55,743 nucleotides of DNA from NCBI GenBank assembly GCA_016840065.1, contig JAEOTB010000095.1, forward strand, positions 1 to 55,743, given 5' to 3'. A program made the position numbers and the translations under genes. Below, piece after piece: positions 27,912 to 36,967 of the stretch; the first letter of the stretch is position 1, and every line of letters starts with the position of its first letter. The notes beneath the pieces are model-generated. The model saw only the letters and a list, made by a program, of their open reading frames with translations. It did no database searches and had not been told where the DNA came from. The DNA comes from Candidatus Hermodarchaeota archaeon. GTDB lineage: Archaea > Asgardarchaeota > Hermodarchaeia > Hermodarchaeales > Hermodarchaeaceae.

Positions 27912-29633
27912 TTGACAAAAGACCAAATTCTAGAGCTTATCAGAAAATATAGTCTGGCAAACGCAATAAAATACGATGGTAAAGCCAATCCAAACGCGGT
28001 TATAGGCAAACTACTTGCTGAACGTCCTGATTTACGTCAGCAAGCACAAGAAATCGTCCCCCTAGTTAGAGAAACAGTAGCAACGATAAACACCTTATCC
28101 CTTGAGAAACAAATCGCACAACTCCAAGCTCTTGCTCCAGAATTGTTAGATGTGAGTCATGAACGCCGAGTAAAACAGTTACCACCTTTGCCCGGTGCAG
28201 AGATGGGAAAGGTTATGACTCGATTACCACCAGAACCTAGCGGGCACCCTCATTTTGGACATGCATATGCAGGCTTCATCAATTGGTTTTATGCACGCAA
28301 GTACGAAGGAAGTATCATCCTTCGTTTCGAAGACACCAACCCGCGTCTTGTAAAACCTGAATTCTATGATGCATTCAGAGAAGGATATCGCTGGATGGGG
28401 ATAGATTGGGACCGGGAAATCAAGGTTTCAGATGACGTGCCACTCTTCTATAAGCGGGCTCGAGAACTTCTTGAAAGGGAGGATGCTTACATCTGTTTTT
28501 GTCCAGTAGATACTATTAAGGAGAAACGGCGAGAAGGAGCCTCCTGTCCTCATCGCGATACTACAAAGGAAACAAACCTAGGGATATGGGATGACATTCT
28601 AGAGGGCAAATACAGCGAAGGAGAGTTGGTCTGCCGGCTGAAAATAGATATGAACCATGAGAACGCGGTAATGCGGGACCCCAATATCTTTCGTATTATT
28701 GATAGTCCACATCCCTTTCAAGGAGAGCGGTTTAGACTCTGGCCAACCTACGATTTTGCTGTGGCATTGGAAGATTATCTTAATGGTATCAGTCATATAC
28801 TTCGAAGTAACGAATTCGCTAGTCGCGGCGAACTGCAAGCCTACATCAGGGATCTCTTCGATTTATCTCAGCCAATAATTCAAGAATTTTCCCGTGTCTC
28901 TATAGAGGGGTCGCCAGTAAGTAAAAGGCGAATACGCCCCCTCGTTGAATCTGGAGTAATATCTGGATGGGGTGACATCAGACTTGCTACACTCTCAGCT
29001 CTACGGAATCGAGGAATCGTCCCCGAAACGATAAAGGAGATTACGCATGAGGTTGGTATGAGTGTAGCTCAGCCAATTATTGATTGGTCGCTGATTTTGG
29101 GAATTAATCGTCGGATAATAGATCCTTTGGCAAATCGATACTATTGTGTAGCTAATCCAGTGGCTGTTATAATCGAAGATCATCAGTCCGTTGATGCTGC
29201 ATTGCCACTTCACCCTGATTATAAAGAGCGGGGTACGCGAACCGTTCACGTTGACCAACAAGTTTTCATTGATGGTGCAGACGCCCAAAGACTGACGAAG
29301 GGGGATATTTTCCGTCTGAAACACCTATTCAATATTCGTGTAGAACGAAAAGGTCGGAAGGGATTAAGCTGTACTTACGCTGGTGAAGACCTTGATGCAG
29401 CTGCTCTAAAGATTCAATGGGTGACCAATGATTCGGTTCCAGTGTTGATGAATGTCCCTGAAGTATTATACATTGATGATAAATTAAATCCCAATAGCCT
29501 TAAGGTGGAGCAAGGGATTGGTGAAAGGCCTCTAGGCACGCTAGAACCAGGCACACTTGTACAATTAGAACGGAAAGGCTTTGGAATAATAAAAAGCGCA
29601 GAAACCAAAGTTGAAATCAATATGACAGGCTAA
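27912..29633 (+). CDS. gltX: Glutamyl-tRNA synthetase (archaeal type)
   Basis: RLPPEPSGHPHFGH (HIGH variant), RFEDTNP, WPTYDFA, VSKR. Confidence 0.96.
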   Translation: MTKDQILELIRKYSLANAIKYDGKANPNAVIGKLLAERPDLRQQAQEIVPLVRETVATINTLSLEKQIAQLQALAPELLDVSHERRVKQLPPLPGAEMGKVMTRLPPEPSGHPHFGHAYAGFINWFYARKYEGSIILRFEDTNPRLVKPEFYDAFREGYRWMGIDWDREIKVSDDVPLFYKRARELLEREDAYICFCPVDTIKEKRREGASCPHRDTTKETNLGIWDDILEGKYSEGELVCRLKIDMNHENAVMRDPNIFRIIDSPHPFQGERFRLWPTYDFAVALEDYLNGISHILRSNEFASRGELQAYIRDLFDLSQPIIQEFSRVSIEGSPVSKRRIRPLVESGVISGWGDIRLATLSALRNRGIVPETIKEITHEVGMSVAQPIIDWSLILGINRRIIDPLANRYYCVANPVAVIIEDHQSVDAALPLHPDYKERGTRTVHVDQQVFIDGADAQRLTKGDIFRLKHLFNIRVERKGRKGLSCTYAGEDLDAAALKIQWVTNDSVPVLMNVPEVLYIDDKLNPNSLKVEQGIGERPLGTLEPGTLVQLERKGFGIIKSAETKVEINMTG

Positions 29634-29691
29634 TGTTGCGCAAACATTAAAGAACGAAAAACCACAGTATCAATTAAACATCAAAAGGGAT

Positions 29692-30474
29692 ATGTGCCTA
29701 GTCTTGTCGGAGGAAATACGCCGAGCCCTTGACAACCTGCGATTTGATCGCATGGTGAAAGCATTCTGTATCGTGTCTCCCGATAATCAAGTTCATCAAA
29801 GCACATTGGACACTAGCACTGAACAGATGGTCCAGAGAACTGTCACGTTGTACGAAGGTAAGATCAGCCAACTAACAGTCAACACAGAACAAGGTCTCGT
29901 TATTATATCAAAGATAGTTGGTGATTGGCTGCTGGCGGTATTATTTCCGACAAACCTTTCATTGGGAATAGCTGTTGTTAAGACAAAGGCAACACTCCTA
30001 GCTCTTCGAGATATTGATCTCGAAGTAGTAAAGACTATGGCCCCGATTGAAAAACCAGCCGAGACAACTAGTCCTGCAACAACTGTGTCAGCTAGTCCAG
30101 CGACAACCCAAGGCACCACTAGTCCCGCTTCAAGTGTATCATCAGTTTCACCTATAGCGTCCGGCTCTGCATCACCCACAGTAACATCTCCCGAAATCTC
30201 ACCCTCCGCTTCATCTGAACCCTCTATTACATTGTCCTCTATTCCTCAAGGTGGTGAAACGCTTTTAGCAGCCCTTGACAAAGGCTCGACGCTGGGAAAT
30301 TCACTCTTCGATAAATTTGGACCCTATGCTCGCGATGTTCTTTTTCTTATAGACGGTAAACGAGATGTCAAGACTATTGCATTCCTCCTTGGACTCCCTG
30401 AGTACGCGATTGTTGAGGTACTCGAGTTTGCAATAACTAAGAAGATTCTCCTCCCTGTAAGTGAAGCAGCATAG
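29692..30474 (+). CDS. Roadblock-like domain + S/T/P-rich linker + winged-helix
   Basis: N-terminal roadblock-like pattern (LTVNTEQGLVIISKI...LSLG); C-terminal LFLIDGKRDVKTIA. Confidence 0.65.
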   Translation: MCLVLSEEIRRALDNLRFDRMVKAFCIVSPDNQVHQSTLDTSTEQMVQRTVTLYEGKISQLTVNTEQGLVIISKIVGDWLLAVLFPTNLSLGIAVVKTKATLLALRDIDLEVVKTMAPIEKPAETTSPATTVSASPATTQGTTSPASSVSSVSPIASGSASPTVTSPEISPSASSEPSITLSSIPQGGETLLAALDKGSTLGNSLFDKFGPYARDVLFLIDGKRDVKTIAFLLGLPEYAIVEVLEFAITKKILLPVSEAA

Positions 30475-30541
30475 AAGTTGGAGCTGATAACCCACTTCGC
30501 TCACCCACTATAGGGACACAGTTCAGTTCGACTCGGTTTCT

Positions 30542-30560
30542 AAAAAATGATTAAAAAATG
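30542..30560 (-). terminator. Tandem oligo-T terminator of the ncRNA
   Basis: Minus strand CATTTTTTAATCATTTTTT directly after the terminal stem. Confidence 0.65.
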
Positions 30561-30562
30561 AA

Positions 30563-30710
30563 GCCGGGGGCAGCAAGAGGAAGGAGGGAGGAGGGCGAGG
30601 AAGCCCAAAGGGAGGACGACTCGGGCCAAGGTCCCTTGGGAGGGATTCTGCCTATTTGTGAGGGATTCGGGATCGGGTCAGTTTAAAATAGGACTGCTGC
30701 CCCACTCGGC
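30563..30710 (-). ncRNA. Unassigned ~150-nt structured RNA
   Basis: GC-rich island; the ends pair (GCCG-agu-GGGGCAGCAG / UUGCUGCCCC-CGGC); three internal hairpins; TATA upstream, oligo-T downstream. Confidence 0.75.
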
Positions 30711-30734
30711 ATTAAGGATTATTGTTACTAGTGG

Positions 30735-30750
30735 ATATAAATCTTTGGTT
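30735..30750 (-). promoter_or_regulatory. BRE/TATA promoter of the ncRNA
   Basis: Minus strand AACCAAAGA-TTTATAT, 24 nt before the terminal stem. Confidence 0.65.
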
Positions 30751-30820
30751 TTCGCAACTTCCATATACACTTATTGGGTTTTTCTTAATTGAATTCAGTA
30801 ATATTACATGTATTCTTATT

Positions 30821-31420
30821 TCATTCGGAAGTTTCTCGTTCAGTTCCGCATTCAATGCATACTAGAGGCTTAGATCGAAAGGTAGCACCACACCCCTTAC
30901 AGGCGAATAGAACACCTTCAGTGACTGCTACTGGCTCAGAGCGACGCCGATTCACTAGCCATAAAGGTATGCAGAGTAGAAGAGTCCCTAACACTATTAC
31001 ACCTAAAGTTGTTAATAACCGATAAAGAAGGAAAAACAGGAAGATGGTGAGAGGGAATGCGGCAATGTTAGCATATTTGAAAGTGAAAATTAGCCACACT
31101 CCTCCAATGAGGAGCGGGGATGTCAAAGTCATCTTGAACGAGCTGGCAGGTTTACGAAAGGCTACAATCCCAAGGATAACAGCGCACAACCAAAGTAGAA
31201 GTGATAGGATAGATGACAAATCGAGTAAGCGCTCAAAAGTGGCTAAGAGCCAAGCAACTTCGAAGAATTTTGTAGAATTACCCGAATCCACTAATCCGAA
31301 ATAGGTCGAGTATACGAGTGGGTTCAATGCCCCTTGGTCCAAGATATAAACGACAAGAGCTAACACAAAGGCTATGGCTACCCCCAAAGGAATAGGTGCT
31401 GAACTTCGGATATCAGACAT
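30821..31420 (-). CDS. Membrane protein with C-terminal zinc ribbon
   Basis: About 4 TM helices; CKGCG...CIECG. Confidence 0.75.
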   Translation of the reverse strand: MSDIRSSAPIPLGVAIAFVLALVVYILDQGALNPLVYSTYFGLVDSGNSTKFFEVAWLLATFERLLDLSSILSLLLWLCAVILGIVAFRKPASSFKMTLTSPLLIGGVWLIFTFKYANIAAFPLTIFLFFLLYRLLTTLGVIVLGTLLLCIPLWLVNRRRSEPVAVTEGVLFACKGCGATFRSKPLVCIECGTERETSE

Positions 31421-31452
31421 AGCATACGCCTTTGCGTTCTGATTGCTAACTG

Positions 31453-31956
31453 CTACCGAGTTTCTCTTTGAGACGTTAATGTCCCACCAACAGCACCGCC
31501 AACCCCAGCGATTATCCCAGCAAGAACTCCGTTGATCACCCAGCCTAACAGTTGGTCAAGAAGTATCTGGTTCAGCAGTGCCATGACATCAGGAAAATAG
31601 CCGTCTATGACCCAGACCACAATCCAGCAGACAAGTGCCATAGAGATTGCGGATACTAGACCCGCTGAAACGCCTTTGACAACATCTCGGGTGAACAGGC
31701 CACCAATCAATCCACTTAGTAACCAGATAATTGAGCCGAGAATGTAGGCGCTGGTAACATTCAGCAGTAATTGCGCTATCGCAAATCTGATTTGCTGAAA
31801 AATAGATACCATCATGAACGTGGTCGCCAAATCTGTTGGTATCCAACCGCTTCCCCAAAACGGAAGACTTAGCATAATACTACCGTAAATAACAGCAAAT
31901 GCAAGGATGATTGCAGAAAAGAATCCTACTATGGTCCCTGTTGCAGTGTTACCCAT
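31453..31956 (-). CDS. Gly-rich membrane protein
   Basis: About 4 TM helices, GLIGG and GAVGG motifs; GAGGT SD. Confidence 0.75.
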   Translation of the reverse strand: MGNTATGTIVGFFSAIILAFAVIYGSIMLSLPFWGSGWIPTDLATTFMMVSIFQQIRFAIAQLLLNVTSAYILGSIIWLLSGLIGGLFTRDVVKGVSAGLVSAISMALVCWIVVWVIDGYFPDVMALLNQILLDQLLGWVINGVLAGIIAGVGGAVGGTLTSQRETR

Positions 31957-32079
31957 TTAACATAACCTCGTGTATATTTCCATGAAAGATAGACGTTTCG
32001 TAGAGATAAAGTTATAGATTATTTCATAGCTGAATTGAAAATACTTCCTATCATTGGAAATGTCTCGTTTGTTATTTAA

Positions 32080-33303
32080 TCAGACCATCTTTAGCTTTCG
32101 CAGTTCTCTCATCAAAGATATGAGTTTTCGATCCCGAGTTGCCATTGCCTTAGCAAAAATCTTTACCTTTCGGGCTGAAGCCATTTTCACGACGGAGTCG
32201 CCCGTAACGATTCTTGCTAGCCTGTCAAGGGTTTCGTCTTCAGTTTCGATGAGAAGGTCTCTAAGCTTCAGAGACTGAGCGAATTCATCGCCATAACGTT
32301 TACGCCATTTCGTTTCGTATTCCTGGAGTCTAGCAGCTGAGACATCGCCTTTTGACACGCACTTGGATGCGACTTGCCCAGCAATACTACCACAAACCAT
32401 AGCATAACCCATCCCGCCGCCAGTAATAGGATGTACATGGCCTGCGGCGTCGCCTACGAGGAGTGCGCCGTCTACTACGTTTTGTTCGTTTGGTCCGCAT
32501 ACGGGTAGTGCTCCTACTCGACATTCTACAATCTTTGCTTTGGCTAGTTGGCGTTTAGCGATTTCGTGGTGTTTTATGAAGTGGTCTAGATACTGTTGTG
32601 CTGTGTGTTCTCCGAAGCCTCCACCAATACCGATACCTACATTGGCGCGTCCCTCGCCTTTGGGGAAGATCCATATGTAGCCTCGGGGGCATAGGTCGCT
32701 TCCTAGTAGAAACTCCATTAAATCAGGGAATTCAAGGTTGCAGTTGACCATTTCGTATCCAAAGCAGGAGTCGATATCTGCGGGTTTGAAAGAACGTCGT
32801 AATCCTGTAAGGCGAGCTATCTCGCTGTTTACTCCATCAGCACCGATAACGACATTTGCTTTGATGGTCTTGCGCTCTCCATTATGTCGCACGACAACTC
32901 CACTGACTGTGCCTTTAGAGCGCTTCAAACCAATGACTTTGGCGCCAAGAAGTACATCTGAGCCTGCCTCGGCGGCACGAGCTAGTAATTCTTTGTCAAA
33001 CACACGTCGATCAATGATATAGCCACTGGGCTCTTTCTCAGCAAAGTCAACTGAAATAAGAGCCGGACTATATACTCGAAATCCACGGATGGGAACACGA
33101 ATTGATTCTTCAGGTATCTCGATTTCAGCAATACCTGGCCCAGTTTTTCCAATAGCTTCGCCGCACTGGACTGGAATCCCAACGTGTGTTTTCCTGTCAA
33201 CAATGGTAACTTCTGCGCCCTCTCGCCGTGCAGACAGCGCAGTGGCAGACCCTGCTGGGCCTCCGCCGACAATTATTATATGATTATCGCTCGACAAGTT
33301 CAA
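32080..33303 (-). CDS. Geranylgeranyl reductase family flavoprotein (DGGGPL reductase-like)
   Basis: VGGGPAG, PVQCGE, PRGYIWIFPKG, VGDAAG, PITGGG. Confidence 0.92.
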   Translation of the reverse strand: MNLSSDNHIIIVGGGPAGSATALSARREGAEVTIVDRKTHVGIPVQCGEAIGKTGPGIAEIEIPEESIRVPIRGFRVYSPALISVDFAEKEPSGYIIDRRVFDKELLARAAEAGSDVLLGAKVIGLKRSKGTVSGVVVRHNGERKTIKANVVIGADGVNSEIARLTGLRRSFKPADIDSCFGYEMVNCNLEFPDLMEFLLGSDLCPRGYIWIFPKGEGRANVGIGIGGGFGEHTAQQYLDHFIKHHEIAKRQLAKAKIVECRVGALPVCGPNEQNVVDGALLVGDAAGHVHPITGGGMGYAMVCGSIAGQVASKCVSKGDVSAARLQEYETKWRKRYGDEFAQSLKLRDLLIETEDETLDRLARIVTGDSVVKMASARKVKIFAKAMATRDRKLISLMRELRKLKMV

Positions 33304-33490
33304 TCGCCTCCACCGGGCAGACTTTTGTGCAAGTGCCGCAACCGTTGCACTTGTCAGGTAATATTACAATGTAATGCTCAAAGACGTCAATAGCATTCTT
33401 GGGACAAACAGTTGCACAGGCCTGACATATTCCGCAGATTTCACCGTTTACTTCTGCCAATTTTTTAGAAGGTTTTCCAGTTGGGGACAT
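33284..33490 (-). CDS. 2[4Fe-4S] ferredoxin
   Basis: Two CxxCxxCxxxCP motifs; overlaps the reductase start. Confidence 0.93.
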   Translation of the reverse strand: MSPTGKPSKKLAEVNGEICGICQACATVCPKNAIDVFEHYIVILPDKCNGCGTCTKVCPVEAIELVER

Positions 33491-33681
33491 GTTACTGCGG
33501 CTCCAATTTCGAATTATTGAGGAACACGGCTATTGCGCCTTTTCAGCCTTTCTGTATTCTAAATTGTTCAAGAAGGATTATCTCTTTCTGTCATCCTTCT
33601 TTATCGAGTGCAATCTAACGGAATCAAAAGTTACTTTCCACTATGTAAAAACTGATTCATTAGAGATAAGGGAAGTTGTAC

Positions 33682-34374
33682 CTATTCTTTCGGAAGTTTT
33701 CTGATGACTTTGACCCATTCTTTGATACGAGATTCCGGAATTCCAGTTAAGAGAGAGAGGTCACGCGCATTTTCTGATTTGAGCTCATCAAGACTAGTTA
33801 CACCGAGGTCTTTCAACTTTCGTAAATCGCCCCGACTGATTTCGGGCAGATGTTTCAGTTCAGTGATTTTTGGTTTCTGAGCCCTTTCTTCACGAGCAGC
33901 ACGAGATAATTCACGAATGTGAAGCTTTGCAGTGTCAACAAGTTTCTCGGCTCGCTCCCGCTTCAAGTCAGTAACCCTGGTAAGACGACGCGGCGAAGTT
34001 GTAGAGAGGGCGTGAATACTTGTAACGCCTGCAGCTACTAGGGTGTCTACTACCTTCTTTGTGATTTGTGGTAATTCGGTCAAGTCTGTTTCCACTGGTA
34101 CTGGAACAGGCTTTGGGGCTTCTTGCTCTACAGGTTTCTCTTTCGGTTTGACAGGCTTGGACTCTTCGCTTAGTTTCCTAATTTGTTCAAAATAATCCTT
34201 GAGTAATGTTACATTGTCAGGGTAATGAGAGCTTCGCCGACGATCAATAGGAATAGCCATCCATCTGGCATCGCTTAGGGATAAGCCAGCGTCCTTCAGC
34301 TCCTTTAGAGTGAACCCTCGTCCATACCGTTTTTGTCCCGTTTTTGGTGAGTGGATTTCTGGTCTGAGAGCCAA
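33682..34374 (-). CDS. rpl13e: Ribosomal protein L13e fused to two helix-hairpin-helix domains
   Basis: RYGRGFTLKELKDAGL...IPIDRRRSS; then LTELPQI...LVAAGVTSI and LKHLPEI...LKDLGVTSL. Confidence 0.85.
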   Translation of the reverse strand: MALRPEIHSPKTGQKRYGRGFTLKELKDAGLSLSDARWMAIPIDRRRSSHYPDNVTLLKDYFEQIRKLSEESKPVKPKEKPVEQEAPKPVPVPVETDLTELPQITKKVVDTLVAAGVTSIHALSTTSPRRLTRVTDLKRERAEKLVDTAKLHIRELSRAAREERAQKPKITELKHLPEISRGDLRKLKDLGVTSLDELKSENARDLSLLTGIPESRIKEWVKVIRKLPKE

Positions 34375-34539
34375 GATATTATCTCCTGTTTAACCAAGTG
34401 CAGGAAAGGAGAATCAGACCAGCTAAAAATCTTTTGACTCTTATCATCAAATACTTCCTTGCTTACAGTAATTGCTAAACAAGAAAACTTAAATTGTTAA
34501 TGTAGATTGGCAGAGACAAGAAGTGTATGAGGGTAAACA

Positions 34540-35160
34540 ATGATGAGACGCCAAGATGATGGACAGCGGCTAATGTCCCATACTACAACAGTTGCCGTGA
34601 GATGTACTGATGGAGTAGTTTTAGGAACTGAATCCCAAGCTACGATGGGCTATACTGTAGCAAGTGATACTGCACCTAAAATCCATCAAATCACGGATAA
34701 TATAGCAGTAACGATTTCTGGATCTGTTGCGGATTGTCAAGCGATAATAAACAGTGTGCGCGCAATTACTAGACTGGAAGCCCTAGAGATTGGACGCGAG
34801 TTATCGGTGAAGGCGGTTTCCCGTCTTACTTCATCTATCCTCTTTCGAAATCGTATGTACCCCCTTATTTCCATGCTCATTATTGCTGGTGTAGACAATG
34901 ATGGTGCGCACATCTATGCTCTGGATCCTTTAGGTAGTATGCTTGAAGAGGACAAGTTCACAGCAACTGGTAGCGGTTCTGTTGTGGCATTTGGTGTCCT
35001 TGAAGATGAGTATGAAGACAAGATGACCCTCACCAAGGGAAAGGATCTTGTTAAACGTGCAGTAAATGCAGCTCGAAGACGGGACATCGCTTCGGGCGGT
35101 GCTATACAAGTAGCTGTAATCAGCTCAAAAGGCGTAGTGATTACAACCCTTAAAGAGTAA
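34540..35160 (+). CDS. psmB: Proteasome beta subunit
   Basis: TTTVAV, Glu17, Lys33, SGSVAD, ATGSGS, RRDIASGG. Confidence 0.95.
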   Translation: MMRRQDDGQRLMSHTTTVAVRCTDGVVLGTESQATMGYTVASDTAPKIHQITDNIAVTISGSVADCQAIINSVRAITRLEALEIGRELSVKAVSRLTSSILFRNRMYPLISMLIIAGVDNDGAHIYALDPLGSMLEEDKFTATGSGSVVAFGVLEDEYEDKMTLTKGKDLVKRAVNAARRRDIASGGAIQVAVISSKGVVITTLKE

Positions 35161-35205
35161 CTGAATCATACAGGCACTCACTTTTAGTCCCAGCTAATGT
35201 CGCTC

Positions 35206-36171
35206 TTATTGTACGACACAGCAGGCCTGTTGAGCATAAGTTTTGTAGCCGTTGCTTTCAAGGTATTTTACGGTAGATTGGGTTGGGACTGCAATACGTG
35301 TGACACCAGCATTAACGGCTAGTCGTTCCATCTCTTGACGAGTTTTCCCTCGAGGTCGCATACAACCAAGAGCGATTTCGGTTTTCGGGAACAAGACCCT
35401 CGCGATTGCACATACTCTAGCTATATCATGGTTAGCTGGAGGTGTAATTGATTCCATTGCTGTTTCTTGACTTGGCACCAAGGCAATTATCACAATTGTT
35501 GAAGGGGCTATTGTTTCATGGATGATTTGGAGTGCATCTAGCTCACCTACTAACTTGCCAAAGTGTAGACCGACGCAGATATGAGGTGAAATTAATACAC
35601 CAGAAGAGTTGAGAGCTTGAAGGGTTGCTCGATAGTCTTTGGTTGACCGGTGTGGAAGACCATAGACCTGATGAATTGTATCATCATCACCAACGATGTC
35701 AACAGAAGCACAATCAATTCCTGTTTCCGCCAGATATCTGGCTTCATCTACTGTTAGAAAACCTGTATGGACATTGATGTAGAGACTGGTAGATTGCTTT
35801 ATTTCTCTAATGGCGGGGAGAAATGGCAGAAGCGGTACACGACCCTCAGTATCGCAGCCTCCGCTTATCAAACACCCCACGCCCTTATTGGCGGCAATGT
35901 TTTGACAATAGGATATTAGTTGATTTGGTCGAGTTAGAGGTTTCATATGTCGCAGATATCTTCCTCCACAATGCTGGCAATCTAACTTGCAGCTCCGACC
36001 AGTGATGGAAATTGATGGGAAGGCATCACTAGGGGCAAAGAAAGAAACACAGCGTCCAAAGGCTGCGTCAGTGATTCTGCGAGCTTTGTGGAAAAGCGGT
36101 TCCAATTCTGTTATAGGAGCAGTGAACCACTTACGAAGTTGTTTCAATGTCGTGTTAGATAATGACTTCAT
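35206..36171 (-). CDS. lipS1: Radical SAM lipoyl synthase component LipS1-like
   Basis: SITGRSCKLDCQHC, GCMRP, terminal ACC; next to a lipoate ligase. Confidence 0.8.
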   Translation of the reverse strand: MKSLSNTTLKQLRKWFTAPITELEPLFHKARRITDAAFGRCVSFFAPSDAFPSISITGRSCKLDCQHCGGRYLRHMKPLTRPNQLISYCQNIAANKGVGCLISGGCDTEGRVPLLPFLPAIREIKQSTSLYINVHTGFLTVDEARYLAETGIDCASVDIVGDDDTIHQVYGLPHRSTKDYRATLQALNSSGVLISPHICVGLHFGKLVGELDALQIIHETIAPSTIVIIALVPSQETAMESITPPANHDIARVCAIARVLFPKTEIALGCMRPRGKTRQEMERLAVNAGVTRIAVPTQSTVKYLESNGYKTYAQQACCVVQ

Positions 36172-36178
36172 TTTTATG

Positions 36179-36964
36179 TCATCGCCGGAAATTCCATTTT
36201 GAAGAAGCATATTGTGTTTTTGCGATATATTGTGCTGCTCTTGTTTCTTCAGCTGTCAAGGTTTTCTCTTCGAATTCTGTATCTAACACTTTTGTGAATC
36301 CTGCCAGTAATGAATCTTCTATGTGCTTGAATTTTGGAAGAACGTCAAGCTCCTCTTCGAGGGATGTTAGGCGGGTTGCAGCGCGTTTTAGTGTTAAACA
36401 ATCCGCTTTGGTTCGATCAACTTTCAAAACGGAAAACATCAAATCTAAATCAATGCGTCGAAGAATAGTACCATGCTGGAGGAGTGCTTGGCCACTTCGG
36501 GATTGGGCATTTCCTGAAATTTTCCTCCCCTTGACGAAAAGGTTAGGACATGCTCGCTCTGAACCACCTGAGAACTCTGCTTGTACACCAAGATGCCTGA
36601 AGCCTTCAATTATCCCTGTACAGAGATGCTGATATGAGGCAATAATATCTCTAGGGATATTTGTCCCATCTCTACGACAAACAATAGTGTAGGTCAGTTC
36701 CCCTTCAAAATCATGGTATACAGCACCACCGCTGGACCTGCGCCTTACTATATCAATTCCTTTCTCCTTACACGTGTCAACATCAACCTCATCGTGTACC
36801 CGCTGGAACTGCCCTATTGAGACCGTGGATGGAAACCAACGGTAGAACCGTAAGGTATTCGAAGCCTCCCCTTTCTGAATACAATCCAACAGCATATGGT
36901 CGATTGCCATATTATCGAAGGCTGTGTGCTGTTCAGTCCGGATCAGCCGCCAAGGACCTTGCAT
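36179..36964 (-). CDS. Lipoate-protein ligase/octanoyltransferase
   Basis: NMAID, RRRSSGGAVYHD, KISGNAQ, LQHGT. Confidence 0.92.
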   Translation of the reverse strand: MQGPWRLIRTEQHTAFDNMAIDHMLLDCIQKGEASNTLRFYRWFPSTVSIGQFQRVHDEVDVDTCKEKGIDIVRRRSSGGAVYHDFEGELTYTIVCRRDGTNIPRDIIASYQHLCTGIIEGFRHLGVQAEFSGGSERACPNLFVKGRKISGNAQSRSGQALLQHGTILRRIDLDLMFSVLKVDRTKADCLTLKRAATRLTSLEEELDVLPKFKHIEDSLLAGFTKVLDTEFEEKTLTAEETRAAQYIAKTQYASSKWNFRR

Positions 36965-36967
36965 AGG

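Noticed and set aside
34564-34581. 18-nt in-frame removal that would give G|TTT in psmB
   Set aside because: A GGACA/UGUCC hairpin exists, but no 4-bp helix with 3-nt bulges in the required register.
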